From Candidatus Latescibacterota bacterium (lineage in GTDB: Bacteria > Latescibacterota > UBA2968 > UBA8231): 64,000 bases of DNA. A model generated the notes under the pieces. The model saw only the letters and a program-made list of their open reading frames with translations. It was not told the origin of the DNA and ran no database searches. The stretch covers positions 4,864,001 through 4,928,000 of the forward strand of contig OZ252098.1 of NCBI GenBank assembly GCA_965248355.1, given 5' to 3'. Positions 30,753-40,578 of the stretch are shown here, piece by piece (position 1 is the first letter of the stretch; every line of letters starts with the position of its first letter). The translations under genes were made by a program, and so were the position numbers.

Positions 30753-32746
30753 TCATCCCCCCGCCGCCACGGCTTCGCCGTCGGCGGTCAGCACCAGCAC
30801 CTCCGCCTCCGCGTAACGCCTGAAGGCATCCGCGCTCGTGAAGTGGCGGAATCCGTGGTCGTTTGCGATCTGCAGGGTCTCCGGCTCTTCCCCGAGCAAG
30901 AGCGCCACCGGCTGGCTGTAGCTGTCCTGGAGCCCATTCGGCCAGGCCAGATCGAGTATGGCGAGCGGATGTCCCGTGTCCGGGTGCGAGAGCTCGTATC
31001 CCAGTCTCCCTTCGGGGAGTCCGTGGCCCTGGACCCACTCGTTCAGATCCATGAGGATGGCCTCTTCCTCGGCATCTGCGATTCCGCCCGGAACCGCTTC
31101 GGGTTGAGGCGCGCTGACCACGGTGTCCGGGGTTGTCTCGGCGGCATGCTCGGTCGCCCCGTCGTGCAGGAGCTCCCCCAGCAGGGCGTTGGCCGCCTGT
31201 GCGAGCAGGCGTTGGCGCTCCTCGAGGAAACCGAGGTAGTTCCCGGTTTCCCAGAGATCCTCGTCCATCGGAATCCACTGCGAGGCGAGCGCGCCCGGAA
31301 GTCGCGCCTCGATCTCGGGGAAATACTCGGAGGGTGGGAGGTCCCTGATCTGCAGATTCGTGTCCTTGGTCAGGAAGCAGAAATTGGCGATGGCGTTCAC
31401 TTGCGACTTTGAGAACCCGTGCCGGTACAGCATCCCCTTCGGGAAGATGTGATGAACCTCGAGTGCGTTCATGCTGCCCAGCAGCGTACTCTTCAGGGCC
31501 AGCCCCGTTCCCCAATCTCTGGGCGTCCCCAACCCGCGTCATGGCGTACAGCACCGGATAGAAGCGGGCCCCAAGACTCCAGCCACGAAAGTGTGCGGGC
31601 TCGACGCGCAGACTGCCGTGCCAGAGCCTTAGCTGCTCGAGGAGCCGGTCGATGGCTCCGTCGGCGTCCTGGATGGCCTCGAAGTCCTGGTTGAGGATTG
31701 TCTCGGTCGAGCCCGAGAACCGGCCCCACATGGCGCTCTGGAAGTACCAGTACAGGAGTTGGTCCCGCTCGGTGACATCCTCCAGGTGGCCGCCGCGTCT
31801 GTCGATGTACCGGGACATGACGGGCAACGCGTAGCGGCCGAAGAGAACACGATCATGGTCAAGACCCAGACGGCCGTCGATGAGGTTCAAGGCGTTTGTC
31901 GACGCATCGCTCGGTGCGAGCGAGACCATCCTGGATCGCCTCCGTCGGCTCGTCGTGAAGGTGTACGAACCGTGCCTCGCCGGTGACGATGGCGTTCACG
32001 TTCCTCAGGAGCCAATCGAGATTGAAGTCGTACCCGCTCTCTCGCCACCTCTCAAGAATGGACTGCATCCGCTCCCGGCCTTCAGGCCAGGAACCGCAAA
32101 TCTTGGCAAGTGCCAAGTCTCCGTGAGAGAGTTTCGTGCCGCCGCTGTTGACGCGATTGAAGATGTCCACCACCACATCGATCGTCTTGTCGGGACCGGT
32201 GACTTCCTCCACGTGGAGTTCGATGTCCCGGATGCCCAGAATCTGGTTGAGGCGCTCGCTGAATTCACCGATCCTGGCCGCCAATTCCGGCACTTGTGCC
32301 CAGCGAGTGTACTGTTCGCCCAAACCGTCGTGTCCTCTCTGCATCAACTCCGACACATTGATCCAGAGGGGATCGTCCTGCATATGCATCGGCTGATAGA
32401 ACCTGAACTCCTCGTTCTGGAGATGGAAGTAGAGCCCCGTGAAGGTCGTGGCGTTGCCGTCGAAGAATGCGGGCGGTTCTCCGCGGATGATCCCGTAGAG
32501 GGAGGTCACCCGCTGCTGGCCGTCCAACAGGAGCCTCACAACGCCCGGCGCAAGATCCTGTTCGCCCCGATGAGTCACGTCCTCCGCCGCTGTCGCCCAT
32601 ACAAGCAGGCTCCCAACCGGATGGCGGCGGTACAGTGAATCCATCAGGCCGCGGACCTGGTCGCGATTCCAGACGTACCCGCGCTGGAACTTCGGCAGCG
32701 CCATGTAACCGCTATCGATGTGGTCGAGGATGGTCGAAACTTTCAC
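30753..32746 (-). pseudogene. GmrSD-like DUF262 + DUF1524/HNH modification-dependent endonuclease, with two apparent frameshifts
   Basis: LPKFQRGYVW, LLDGQQR, IFNRVNSGG (DUF262); continues in a second frame near 31895 (NALNLIDGRLG...) and a third near 31525 (RDWGTG...EVHHIFPK...NAIANF..L...TN). Confidence 0.85.
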
Positions 32747-32809
32747 GCTTGCGTTTCCTCCTATCGGGTCAGTGCGCGCTTTTCGCTGCCTTGGCGGCGA
32801 ACGGCGGGA

Positions 32810-33802
32810 TCATGTGTCATCGGCGAGAGCAATGCGGTTCTCGATCTTCCGCGCCAAGTCCCTGAAGTCACGGTAACACTCCTGGACGGCCGTCTGGTGT
32901 CCGCCGATGGCTCCGTCGGCCGGTTTGAGCATGAACATGGGTTTTCGCGCCTCCTGAGCCAGTGGCATCAGGGAGCGGTAGTCTTTCAGGTGGGCGAGGA
33001 GGTGCGGGTCATCCGAGTCGGAATCAGGGGGGCTGTCACCCGCTTGGACGACGGATTGCCGATACTCACCGGGGATCTGCTCGATCCAGCGCCCGAATGG
33101 CTTGGGCCGATAGATCCGGACCGATTGCCCCATGATGATGTACCCCGCCGGCTGCATCGATCCTTGCGGCAGATCCAACTCCAGGTCCTCCGGTTTCTTT
33201 GCGCGCCGCTCGGACCAGGCTTCCCGCCATTTTCTCAGGGCCGGCCCGACATGGCGCAGTCCCTGCAGGGAGAACAGATCGGGCGCGAGCGGAATGATCA
33301 CATGGTCGCAAGCCACCAGGGAAGCCCGGTTCAGGGGGCCCAGACTGGGGCTCACGTCCACAAGAGCGAGGTCGGCCTCGAACCGTGTTCCGGCGTGGTC
33401 AATGAGTCGGGCGAACGCCGTGGTAACCCGGAAGGCTCGTGAATCACCGGCCAGGCAGAGGGACCATTGATTCCATAGATCGTCCTCTTGCCTGGACAGG
33501 CCGAGGTCGCCGATGAGCAGCCCGATCTTCTCGTCGATTTCTTCGACATGGGGCTCGGAGGCGATGTCTCCGCTTCCGTCGAAGAGCGGCGCGATGTCGT
33601 CGTTGACCGTCTTCCTGGCCGGATCGTTCGACATCTCCTCCATCGCCTCATCGGCCAGGAACATCCCGCTCAGATTGGCCTGAGGGTCCAGGTCGGCCGT
33701 GATGACCCTGCGGCCCTGATCGGCGAACATCCAAGCCAGGTGGTAGACGAGAGAGGTCGTGCCCACTCCTCCTTTGTTGTTGAAGAATGCGACCGTCTTC
33801 AC
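32810..33802 (-). CDS. ParA-family ATPase (defence-island type) with Walker A Lys replaced by Thr
   Basis: AFFNNKGGVGTTSL, DLDPQANL, LVDVSPSLG, IIPLAPDLFS, SLMPLAQEARKPMF. Confidence 0.88.
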   Translation of the reverse strand: MKTVAFFNNKGGVGTTSLVYHLAWMFADQGRRVITADLDPQANLSGMFLADEAMEEMSNDPARKTVNDDIAPLFDGSGDIASEPHVEEIDEKIGLLIGDLGLSRQEDDLWNQWSLCLAGDSRAFRVTTAFARLIDHAGTRFEADLALVDVSPSLGPLNRASLVACDHVIIPLAPDLFSLQGLRHVGPALRKWREAWSERRAKKPEDLELDLPQGSMQPAGYIIMGQSVRIYRPKPFGRWIEQIPGEYRQSVVQAGDSPPDSDSDDPHLLAHLKDYRSLMPLAQEARKPMFMLKPADGAIGGHQTAVQECYRDFRDLARKIENRIALADDT

Positions 33803-33818
33803 GCTCTTGCTCCGACCG

Positions 33819-33959
33819 TCACGCTGATGAAGGGACTTCCGCCGCGAAGGCGCAGATCGCCTGCCGGATCTTGTCCAGGTCGCGGGCGGCGGCCGTGAAC
33901 TCGATCCGGTCGCTCTCTCCGCCGGCGATGAGAGCGCTCAGTTCCCGGTCGTCAGGCAT
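33819..33959 (-). pseudogene. N-terminal fragment of an AlbA_2-domain protein
   Basis: MPDDRELSALIAGGESDRIEFTAAARDLDKIRQAICAFA, then diverges and stops at 46 aa. Confidence 0.7.
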
Positions 33960-34305
33960 TGGGCCTGGCCCTGGAGGTCGCCGACGGAGGGCGTCCGTCG
34001 GCGATGCCGGACAGCTCGACCGGTGGGCGGTCGGGAAATCTGGCGATGAGCGACAGGCTGCCGCCCATGGCCTCCACCGTCTTGCGCAGCGTCGAGAGCA
34101 ACAGATCGCTTCGCTGCTCGAGCCGGGAGATGCCGTCCTGCGAGATACCCAGCTCACGTGCCAGGTGCACCTGGGTGAGCCGCCGGGCCTTGCGGAGTTC
34201 GCGCAGGTTCATCTCCTCGGCAAGCAGCTCGGCCGCCCGATCCTCGACCTTGCGGCGACGGGCGGGATCGAGCCGCGCGATCTTGTCTTCCACGTTCAGG
34301 GGCAT
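33952..34305 (-). CDS. XRE-family HTH antitoxin (HigA-like), orphan
   Basis: LRELRKARRLTQVHLARELGISQDGISRLEQRSDLLLSTLRKTVEAMGGSLSLIARFPDRPPV. Confidence 0.88.
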   Translation of the reverse strand: MPLNVEDKIARLDPARRRKVEDRAAELLAEEMNLRELRKARRLTQVHLARELGISQDGISRLEQRSDLLLSTLRKTVEAMGGSLSLIARFPDRPPVELSGIADGRPPSATSRARPNA

Positions 34306-34482
34306 CACGAGTCTCCTTCGTTTGCGAGCCTGGCGGCCGGGCAATATGTCCCCGGAAACATATGCCGTCAAGGGCAGGGGAGGCCTTGCAGCAAGGCTAC
34401 CCGAAGCCCTCCGCCCTTGCCCGAAATCCCCCGGTCCCTTCATTCACGGACCGAACCCATCCTGGCAAGGAAAGGAGAAGCC

Positions 34483-35053
34483 ATGAAACGTCTGACAGCA
34501 GCAACCATCGTGGCGCTGACCGCCCTCGGGCCGGCCGCGCAGCCCGCCTTGGCCCAGGACTCGGAGATCACGGCGGCTGACGTGGTGGACCGGGAAACCC
34601 TGAAGGCCTTTGTCCACGCGGCGGTGGCGTACGCGGACCAGGCCACAACCCTGCCGGAGTACCTGGGTATCCTTCAGGAGTTCAGAGTCGAGGGACGCTG
34701 GAAGCAAGGATCGATCTAACGTCTTTGTCGTGCTTCCTGATGGCACCGTCCTCTTTCACGGAGGGAATCCCGATCTCGAGGGCCAGAACCTCTATGACTC
34801 CGAGGACTCCAATGGCGTCAAGTACGTCCAGGACCTGATCGCCGCGGCGGCCAACGGCGGCGGCTACGTCGAGTATCTCTTTGACAATCCCGCGATCGAG
34901 GGGGACGAAGAGAGCGGCTCGCCCAAGGTGAGCTACGTCGTCCCCTATACCGCCTTCGGCCAGGATGCCATCGTGGGCTGCGGCTTCTATCCGGAATCTC
35001 CTGCCACGGCGGTTACGGGACAGTCCTGGGGACAGCTGAAAGGCGGGTTCTAG
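34483..35053 (+). pseudogene. Secreted single-Cache-domain protein, copy 1, 1-nt frameshift at about 34718
   Basis: AGGAG RBS and signal peptide ending ALAQ. tcgatctaacgtc versus paralog tcgatctacctc shows one extra A. GGGYVEYLFDNP, PKVSYV, tail TAVTGQSWGQLKGGF. Confidence 0.8.
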
Positions 35054-35078
35054 TGGACCAGCGGCGAGGCAGGCAAGT

Positions 35079-35999
35079 GTGACCCCCAAAATGATCACGG
35101 GCATTGCATACATCGAGATGCGGACGCGCCTCTGGGACGAATGCAGGGAGGTCTACGGCAGGCACCTCGGCCTGACCGAGCTGCAGAACACCACCGCGGT
35201 GCTCAACGAGAGCGGCGAATGGGTCGACAGCGCCACATCCGAGAGCGGCAACCGCGAGGCCATCCTCCAGGTTGGAGACTCCTTCCTTGTCCTCCACGAG
35301 GACGAGACCGCGCCCATACAGGTGTCGCCCAAGGGAGAGAGGATGCGGGAGACCTGGGGCTCGGTCGGCCACTGGTCCTTCTTCGTCGAGGGCAACTTCC
35401 ACGCCTACTCCCACCTGAAGGACTACTTCGCCTTCAACAGGTCTCCTGGCGCCGAGGAGGGGCCCAGCGTGCAGCCCCTGAACCACGCCTACATGCAGAG
35501 GACCCTGCTGGAGTTTGTCGACCCCAACGGATACACCATCCAGATATCCGAGATCATCGACCCCAGGCTGCACAACCAGGAGCGGCGCAGGGAGAAGCAG
35601 AGGGTAGCCAACCTCTCCACCGGCGGGCTGATCAAGGGCTTCGATCACATAGCCATACAGTGTCCGGACATGGCCAAGGGAAAGGAGATGTACGGCGACA
35701 AGCTGGGCTTGCCCGTCATCCACCACTCCGACAGCGACACGCACGAGCAGAACGTCTTCGTCGCCGGCATGTGCGACATAGAGCTGGGCGCTCAGAAAAA
35801 CGGCGCTGACGCCGACCGCCTTGGCCGCGGTGTTGTGGGCTCCTTCGGCCTCTGGACCGATGACGTGGACGCGCTGGCCAGGGAGACAGGCCACGCCAGC
35901 CCGCCGGCGGAGCGCGACCTGGCCCTCGGCGTGCCCATCCGGTCGATCACCCTCGATGTCGGGGACGGCCTCCCCGTGGAGGTCGCCCAGCGCCTGTAG
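35079..35999 (+). CDS. VOC/glyoxalase-family protein (tandem domains)
   Basis: ITGIAYIE...YGRHLGL, FVDPNGYTIQISE, GFDHIAI.CPD...YGDKLGL, GDGLPVEV. Confidence 0.8.
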   Translation: MTPKMITGIAYIEMRTRLWDECREVYGRHLGLTELQNTTAVLNESGEWVDSATSESGNREAILQVGDSFLVLHEDETAPIQVSPKGERMRETWGSVGHWSFFVEGNFHAYSHLKDYFAFNRSPGAEEGPSVQPLNHAYMQRTLLEFVDPNGYTIQISEIIDPRLHNQERRREKQRVANLSTGGLIKGFDHIAIQCPDMAKGKEMYGDKLGLPVIHHSDSDTHEQNVFVAGMCDIELGAQKNGADADRLGRGVVGSFGLWTDDVDALARETGHASPPAERDLALGVPIRSITLDVGDGLPVEVAQRL

Positions 36000-36369
36000 G
36001 GCGTCGCCGTCAGGCCGGCACCACCGTGCTGGAGCCGTACCGGTCGCCTGGAAGCACGTGGCAGAATACCCATGCGTTGCAAGCTGCCGCAAGGCTCGGC
36101 CCGTCATCTCGGCTCCCCTCTCTAACTGCATAATAAGCAACGAGTTGTGGCCCCTTCCTGGACAGCGGAACAGGGGTCTCCTGGGCGGTTGGCAGTCGCA
36201 TTTCGCCACACTTCCAGAACCCCGCTGCGGTCGTCAAGTATCCCTCAACTCCTTCATCCGCAGGGTGTTGGCCATCTCTGCAAGGAGCTGGCACGGATTC
36301 TGCGATATAACGGCCACCTGCCGAGCGACGGCAGGATCGGACGCATCTGCCAGGAGAAGGAGAATCATC

Positions 36370-36936
36370 ATGAAGCGTCTAAGAGGGATCGTTCTGACGC
36401 TGACCACCCTTTGGCCCGCCGCGTATCCCGCCCTCGCGCAGGAGATGGAGGTCACGGCCGGTGACGTGGTGGACCGGGAGAGCTTGAAGGCCTTTGTGCT
36501 CTCGGCGGCGGAGTACGCGGGCCAGTCCACCACCGCTTCCGAGTGCCTGGCTGTCATGCAGGAGTTCAGAGCCGACGAAGCCTGGAAGCAGGGATCGATC
36601 TACCTCTTTGTCCTGGCTCCTGATGGCACCGTCATGCTTCACGGAGGGAATCCGGATATCGAGGGCCGGAACCTGATCGACCTCGAGGACTCCAATGGCG
36701 TCAGGTTCACCCGGGAGCTCATCGCCGCGGCGGCCGAGGGGGGCGGCTACGTCGAGTATCTCTTTGATGATCCCGCGGTAGAGGGGGACGAAGAGAGGGG
36801 CTCGCCCAAAGTGAGCTACGTCATCCCCGGTTCCGCTCCCGGCAAGGATGTCATCCTGGGCTCCGGCTTCTATCCGGAATCCGCTTCAACGGGCGTTCCG
36901 GGTCAGGCCTGGGGACAGCTCAAGGGCCGGTTCTAG
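36370..36936 (+). CDS. Secreted single-Cache-domain protein, copy 2 (intact)
   Basis: Signal peptide ending ALAQ; WKQGSIYLFVL..DGTVMLHG, DLEDSNGV, GGGYVEYLFDDP, tail TGVPGQAWGQLKGRF. Confidence 0.85.
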   Translation: MKRLRGIVLTLTTLWPAAYPALAQEMEVTAGDVVDRESLKAFVLSAAEYAGQSTTASECLAVMQEFRADEAWKQGSIYLFVLAPDGTVMLHGGNPDIEGRNLIDLEDSNGVRFTRELIAAAAEGGGYVEYLFDDPAVEGDEERGSPKVSYVIPGSAPGKDVILGSGFYPESASTGVPGQAWGQLKGRF

Positions 36937-36962
36937 GCGCGACCACTCCGGCAGGGGCGAGT

Positions 36963-38552
36963 TCACCCATAGCGCACGACGAGCTCCACATCGGTAAGCA
37001 TCAGGGTCGACGCCACCTGCGGATGGCGCTCCTGCAGATCCACCCGCACATCATGCTCGCCCGGTGATACCCCCGACTCGGTCAGGTCCCAGCTGAGCCA
37101 CACGGCGGTGCTCCCGTCCGCTATGTCGCGCCAGCGCGGCCATGGGGGAAAGGCGCCGCCCGGAGGGGAGGGATTGTCCAGCCGGCAATAGCCGATCTCC
37201 GGCGGTCCCAGTGGCTCGCCGTCCCACCATACCTGCACGACATCTCCCTCCACCCATTCGTTCACTCGCAGCCGCAACTGCAGCAGCGATGGTCGTTCAG
37301 CGCCGGACTCCTCGGCGATGTCGAGTGTGATGGTGGGGCCTTCGCCGGTCAGGGTCCCGGCGATCTCCACCGGCACCTGGCCGTAGAGGCGGTCGATGCG
37401 GAAGGCGCCGCGCCAGTCGCCGGTGCGCTGCACGTAGCGATGGGTGGCGGCGTAGATCTTGTCGGTGCCGCCCAGGGTCCCGGGGGAACCGATCGTCGTC
37501 AGCAGGGGCCGCTTGGAATCGCGGTTGGCGTGCCAGTTGAAGACGTAGATCCCGGTCGCGCCCGCACGGTGATAGCGGCTGGCGATGGCCCGCGTGCGCA
37601 GGCGGTCCTTGTCATCCGGCTCTTCCGGACCGACGAAGGGATCGGGGAGATTGCTGTCGAAGCCGGGGTAGACGGCGATCTCCGTTCCCGCGCACAAGTC
37701 GACGAACCCGGCCACGTCGATGCTGGCATCGGTGACGGCGTTGCCGGCGGGAATGATGATGTCCACGAGATCCTCGTCGATCCAGGCCGGTATGTCGTAG
37801 CCGATGCGGCGGCACATCTCGAGGGATCCGGCGACGCGGGCGGCCAGGAATACGGGGCGGCCCCGCTCTTCACCGAGGGCGTTGGTCATCCGGCGGATCG
37901 CGCGCTGCAGGTCGGTGAGCAGGTAGCGCAGCCGGTATCCTTCGTCGTCGGGGAAGTGGAAGGCGTGGCGCTGCCAGTCCAACTCGACGCCGTCCCAGTC
38001 GTAGCGGCGGCAGACCTCTTCGACATGGTTGAAACGACGCTGCCGGACTTGCGGCACGGCCATGTTCCACGACAGGGCGAACCACTCCGAGGTGCGGTCC
38101 CCGAGTACCCACTCCGGGTGCTCATGGCGCAGGGCCTCGACGCGGTGGGCCTTGCGTAGCGCTCCGAGATCGCCGATCTGGGCCCCGCCGAAGTGATTGT
38201 CGTTCATGCGCACCGAGGCATAGACGTGGAGGCCCAACTCGTGTCCGCGGGCGATCAAGGCCTGCTGGGGATCCTCGCCGCGGTCGTACATCTGCAGGAT
38301 GTTCTCGGTTGCGTTGTAGGCCCCGGCGCTGTCGTAGGGGCGCTCCCGGTGCTCGCCGATGAACTCCACGACCTCGCTGGGCCAGCGCGATCCCTGGCCG
38401 CCGGTGCTCCAGAACAGGGCGCCTACCTGGGTCTCTTCGAGGGGGGCATATGTCTTCTCGAGGAAGGAGGACTGCGACTGCGGCGCCGGCGAGTACCCGT
38501 GGGGAGCGCCGTCCCAGTTGTAGATGATGCGGTAGCCGGGAGGAGTGGGCAT
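36963..38552 (-). CDS. TIM-barrel glycoside-hydrolase-like protein (GHL10/DUF187-like)
   Basis: RIIYNWDG, GLHVYASVRMND.H, HPEW, YDWDGVELDWQR, GATGIYVFN. Confidence 0.7.
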   Translation of the reverse strand: MPTPPGYRIIYNWDGAPHGYSPAPQSQSSFLEKTYAPLEETQVGALFWSTGGQGSRWPSEVVEFIGEHRERPYDSAGAYNATENILQMYDRGEDPQQALIARGHELGLHVYASVRMNDNHFGGAQIGDLGALRKAHRVEALRHEHPEWVLGDRTSEWFALSWNMAVPQVRQRRFNHVEEVCRRYDWDGVELDWQRHAFHFPDDEGYRLRYLLTDLQRAIRRMTNALGEERGRPVFLAARVAGSLEMCRRIGYDIPAWIDEDLVDIIIPAGNAVTDASIDVAGFVDLCAGTEIAVYPGFDSNLPDPFVGPEEPDDKDRLRTRAIASRYHRAGATGIYVFNWHANRDSKRPLLTTIGSPGTLGGTDKIYAATHRYVQRTGDWRGAFRIDRLYGQVPVEIAGTLTGEGPTITLDIAEESGAERPSLLQLRLRVNEWVEGDVVQVWWDGEPLGPPEIGYCRLDNPSPPGGAFPPWPRWRDIADGSTAVWLSWDLTESGVSPGEHDVRVDLQERHPQVASTLMLTDVELVVRYG

Positions 38553-38556
38553 CGGC

Positions 38557-39420
38557 TCAGGCCGGCGGCTGCAGGTTGTGGAGAGCGTCCAGGAGTTGCG
38601 GCGACAGGGCTTGAGCCTCCGCTCTCCTGGCGTTCTCGCGGGCGTGGCCGGGGTCCGTCGTGCCGATGATGGCCGAGTCGATGACCGGGTGGGACAGGGT
38701 GAAGCGCAGGGAGCATTCAAGGGGATCGTCCCACGCCCCCTCCTCCGTCAACAGATCGCGCACCGGATCCCAGTAGGGGCCGCCGTGGAATTGCGGCGAG
38801 TCCGGCGGCAACAGTCTGGCGTTGGCGATGGGACGCTTGGCCACGACCCCCATACCCGCCCTCTCGGCCGCCGGCAGGACCTCGTCGAGGGCCTGCTGAC
38901 TGATGATGTTGAAGGTCACCTGGAGGGCGTCGAAGGCGCCCGACGAGATCGCCTCCAGGGCATCGGCGTCGTCACCGCTGTACCCCGTGTAGCGCACCTT
39001 GCCGGCATCGCGGGCGCGCAGGAGGGCCTCCGTCGCTTCGCCGGCGCGCAGGACCTCCGCCGAGCAGGTGTGCAGAAAGACGAGATCGAGACGCTCGAGG
39101 TTCATTCGCTTGAGCGACCGATCGATGCTGTTCTCGATGACGGCACGGGAATAGGGCTCGCCCTCCTCGCCCCCTGTGATGCAACCGCACTTGGTGGCCA
39201 CGGCGAACTGGCGGAGCCGGTCTCCGAGGAAGCGGCCGAGAAGCTCCTCGCTGGCGGCGTAGCAGTCCGCGGTGTCGATGAAGGTGATGCCCAGATCCAG
39301 GAGGCCGTCGAGGAGGCTCTCTATCTGCTCGAGGGGCGCGCCATCGCCGATGCGGGCGGCCCCGAATCCATGGCGGCTGACCTCGAGGTCGGTGGAGCCC
39401 AGCGTGGTGAGTCGTTCCAT
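38557..39420 (-). CDS. Aldo/keto reductase
   Basis: LGSTDLEVS, GITFIDTADCY, ATKCG, SLKRM...LDLVFLH, GKVRYTGYS. Confidence 0.92.
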   Translation of the reverse strand: MERLTTLGSTDLEVSRHGFGAARIGDGAPLEQIESLLDGLLDLGITFIDTADCYAASEELLGRFLGDRLRQFAVATKCGCITGGEEGEPYSRAVIENSIDRSLKRMNLERLDLVFLHTCSAEVLRAGEATEALLRARDAGKVRYTGYSGDDADALEAISSGAFDALQVTFNIISQQALDEVLPAAERAGMGVVAKRPIANARLLPPDSPQFHGGPYWDPVRDLLTEEGAWDDPLECSLRFTLSHPVIDSAIIGTTDPGHARENARRAEAQALSPQLLDALHNLQPPA

Positions 39421-39618
39421 TCAGTCAGGTCCTTTGAAGGGAGAGCCCCGCGGCCAATACCCCGGTGGCAGGCTGCAACGTACGCCTGCCTCTGCCCCTC
39501 GGCCAGTTATCAGGCCGAGCACGAGAGCGCATGTCGGTCCTCGATGGACCGCTCGCCGGAGTGCGCGCTCTCATCGCCCACCTGGCCGGGAGTGCCGGCC
39601 GACGTCGCCTGAGACCCG

Positions 39619-40503
39619 CTACAGAAGCTCCAACCCGCGCAGGAGATCGCGGACCTGCTCCATCTCCTCTTCGGTGGCGTTGGGAGCGGGGGAGCGGCGC
39701 CACCGGGGGGCGACGCCGCAGACCTCGATCACTGCGTGCACCAGTCCGTCGCCGCCAGCCGGGAAGACCGGCCACAGGTCCCAGAACGGCTGCTCGTAGT
39801 GCATGGCCAGGCGCCAGGCCTCGGCTGCGTCGTTCCGCTTGATCGCCTCCCAGTAGAGCTTCTGGGGCGAGAGATTGCAGTAGATGAAGACGTCCAGCCA
39901 GGCGTTGCAGCCGTGGGGCCACAGCACGTAGTGGCGTTTGATGCCGCCGCCGCCGGTCATGGGCCAGCGGTCGCCCCAGCGCATGAGCACCTCGTGGGCG
40001 TAGTTCAGCGTCAAGTCCTCTTTGAAGGCCCGCATGTTCGGGTCGTCGGCCACCAGCTCGAGCGTACGGATCGGCACGTCGCCCACGAACATCACCGGCG
40101 CCTCGCGGCCGCAGGCCTTGTAGAAATCCGCCAGGGTCTCCGGCGTGCCCCTGGCCCAATCGGCCGGGCGCACCATGTAGAGGTCGAAGCCCAACTCGCG
40201 TACGTAGCGCCCGAACTCCACGGCTTTGTTGAGGCCCCATTGGTTGTCGCAGGCGATGGTGAGGGCGCGGCCGTTCACGTGCTCGGCCACGACGCGGTGC
40301 AGCTCGGCGACTTCGTCGTCGGTGAGCAGCGAAATGAGGCTGTCGCCCCAGGTGAGCATGATGACGTTGCAGTTCCCTTCGAGGGACTTGTCGATCACCG
40401 CTCGCGTGCCGTCCCAGTCGATCTCACCGGACTCGGTGAAGATCGTGGGCAGCGAGTTGACGGGGCCGTCGAGCAGGGCGCGGACTTCATCGCGGTCGCG
40501 CAT
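39619..40503 (-). CDS. Dihydrodipicolinate synthase (DapA/NanA)-like class I aldolase-fold protein
   Basis: PTIFTESGEIDWDG, LLTDDEV, DPNMRAFKED (Schiff-base Lys), RRSP. Confidence 0.8.
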   Translation of the reverse strand: MRDRDEVRALLDGPVNSLPTIFTESGEIDWDGTRAVIDKSLEGNCNVIMLTWGDSLISLLTDDEVAELHRVVAEHVNGRALTIACDNQWGLNKAVEFGRYVRELGFDLYMVRPADWARGTPETLADFYKACGREAPVMFVGDVPIRTLELVADDPNMRAFKEDLTLNYAHEVLMRWGDRWPMTGGGGIKRHYVLWPHGCNAWLDVFIYCNLSPQKLYWEAIKRNDAAEAWRLAMHYEQPFWDLWPVFPAGGDGLVHAVIEVCGVAPRWRRSPAPNATEEEMEQVRDLLRGLELL

Positions 40504-40578
40504 CGGAAACCTCCAGGCGGCTACAGGTCAATGCCGCGCAACATGTCGCGCGGCGGGTCGAGTTCCTCATCTCTTCCA

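Noticed and set aside
36000..36360. Riboswitch or ncRNA in the intergenic region between the VOC and Cache genes
   Set aside because: Some cobalamin-like words occur on the minus strand but I could not find the conserved core; an Rfam cmscan is needed.
39425..39618. CoA-transferase-like start (GPLAGVRAL) in the intergenic gap
   Set aside because: Match of under 10 residues, no continuation, and it runs antisense into the next gene.
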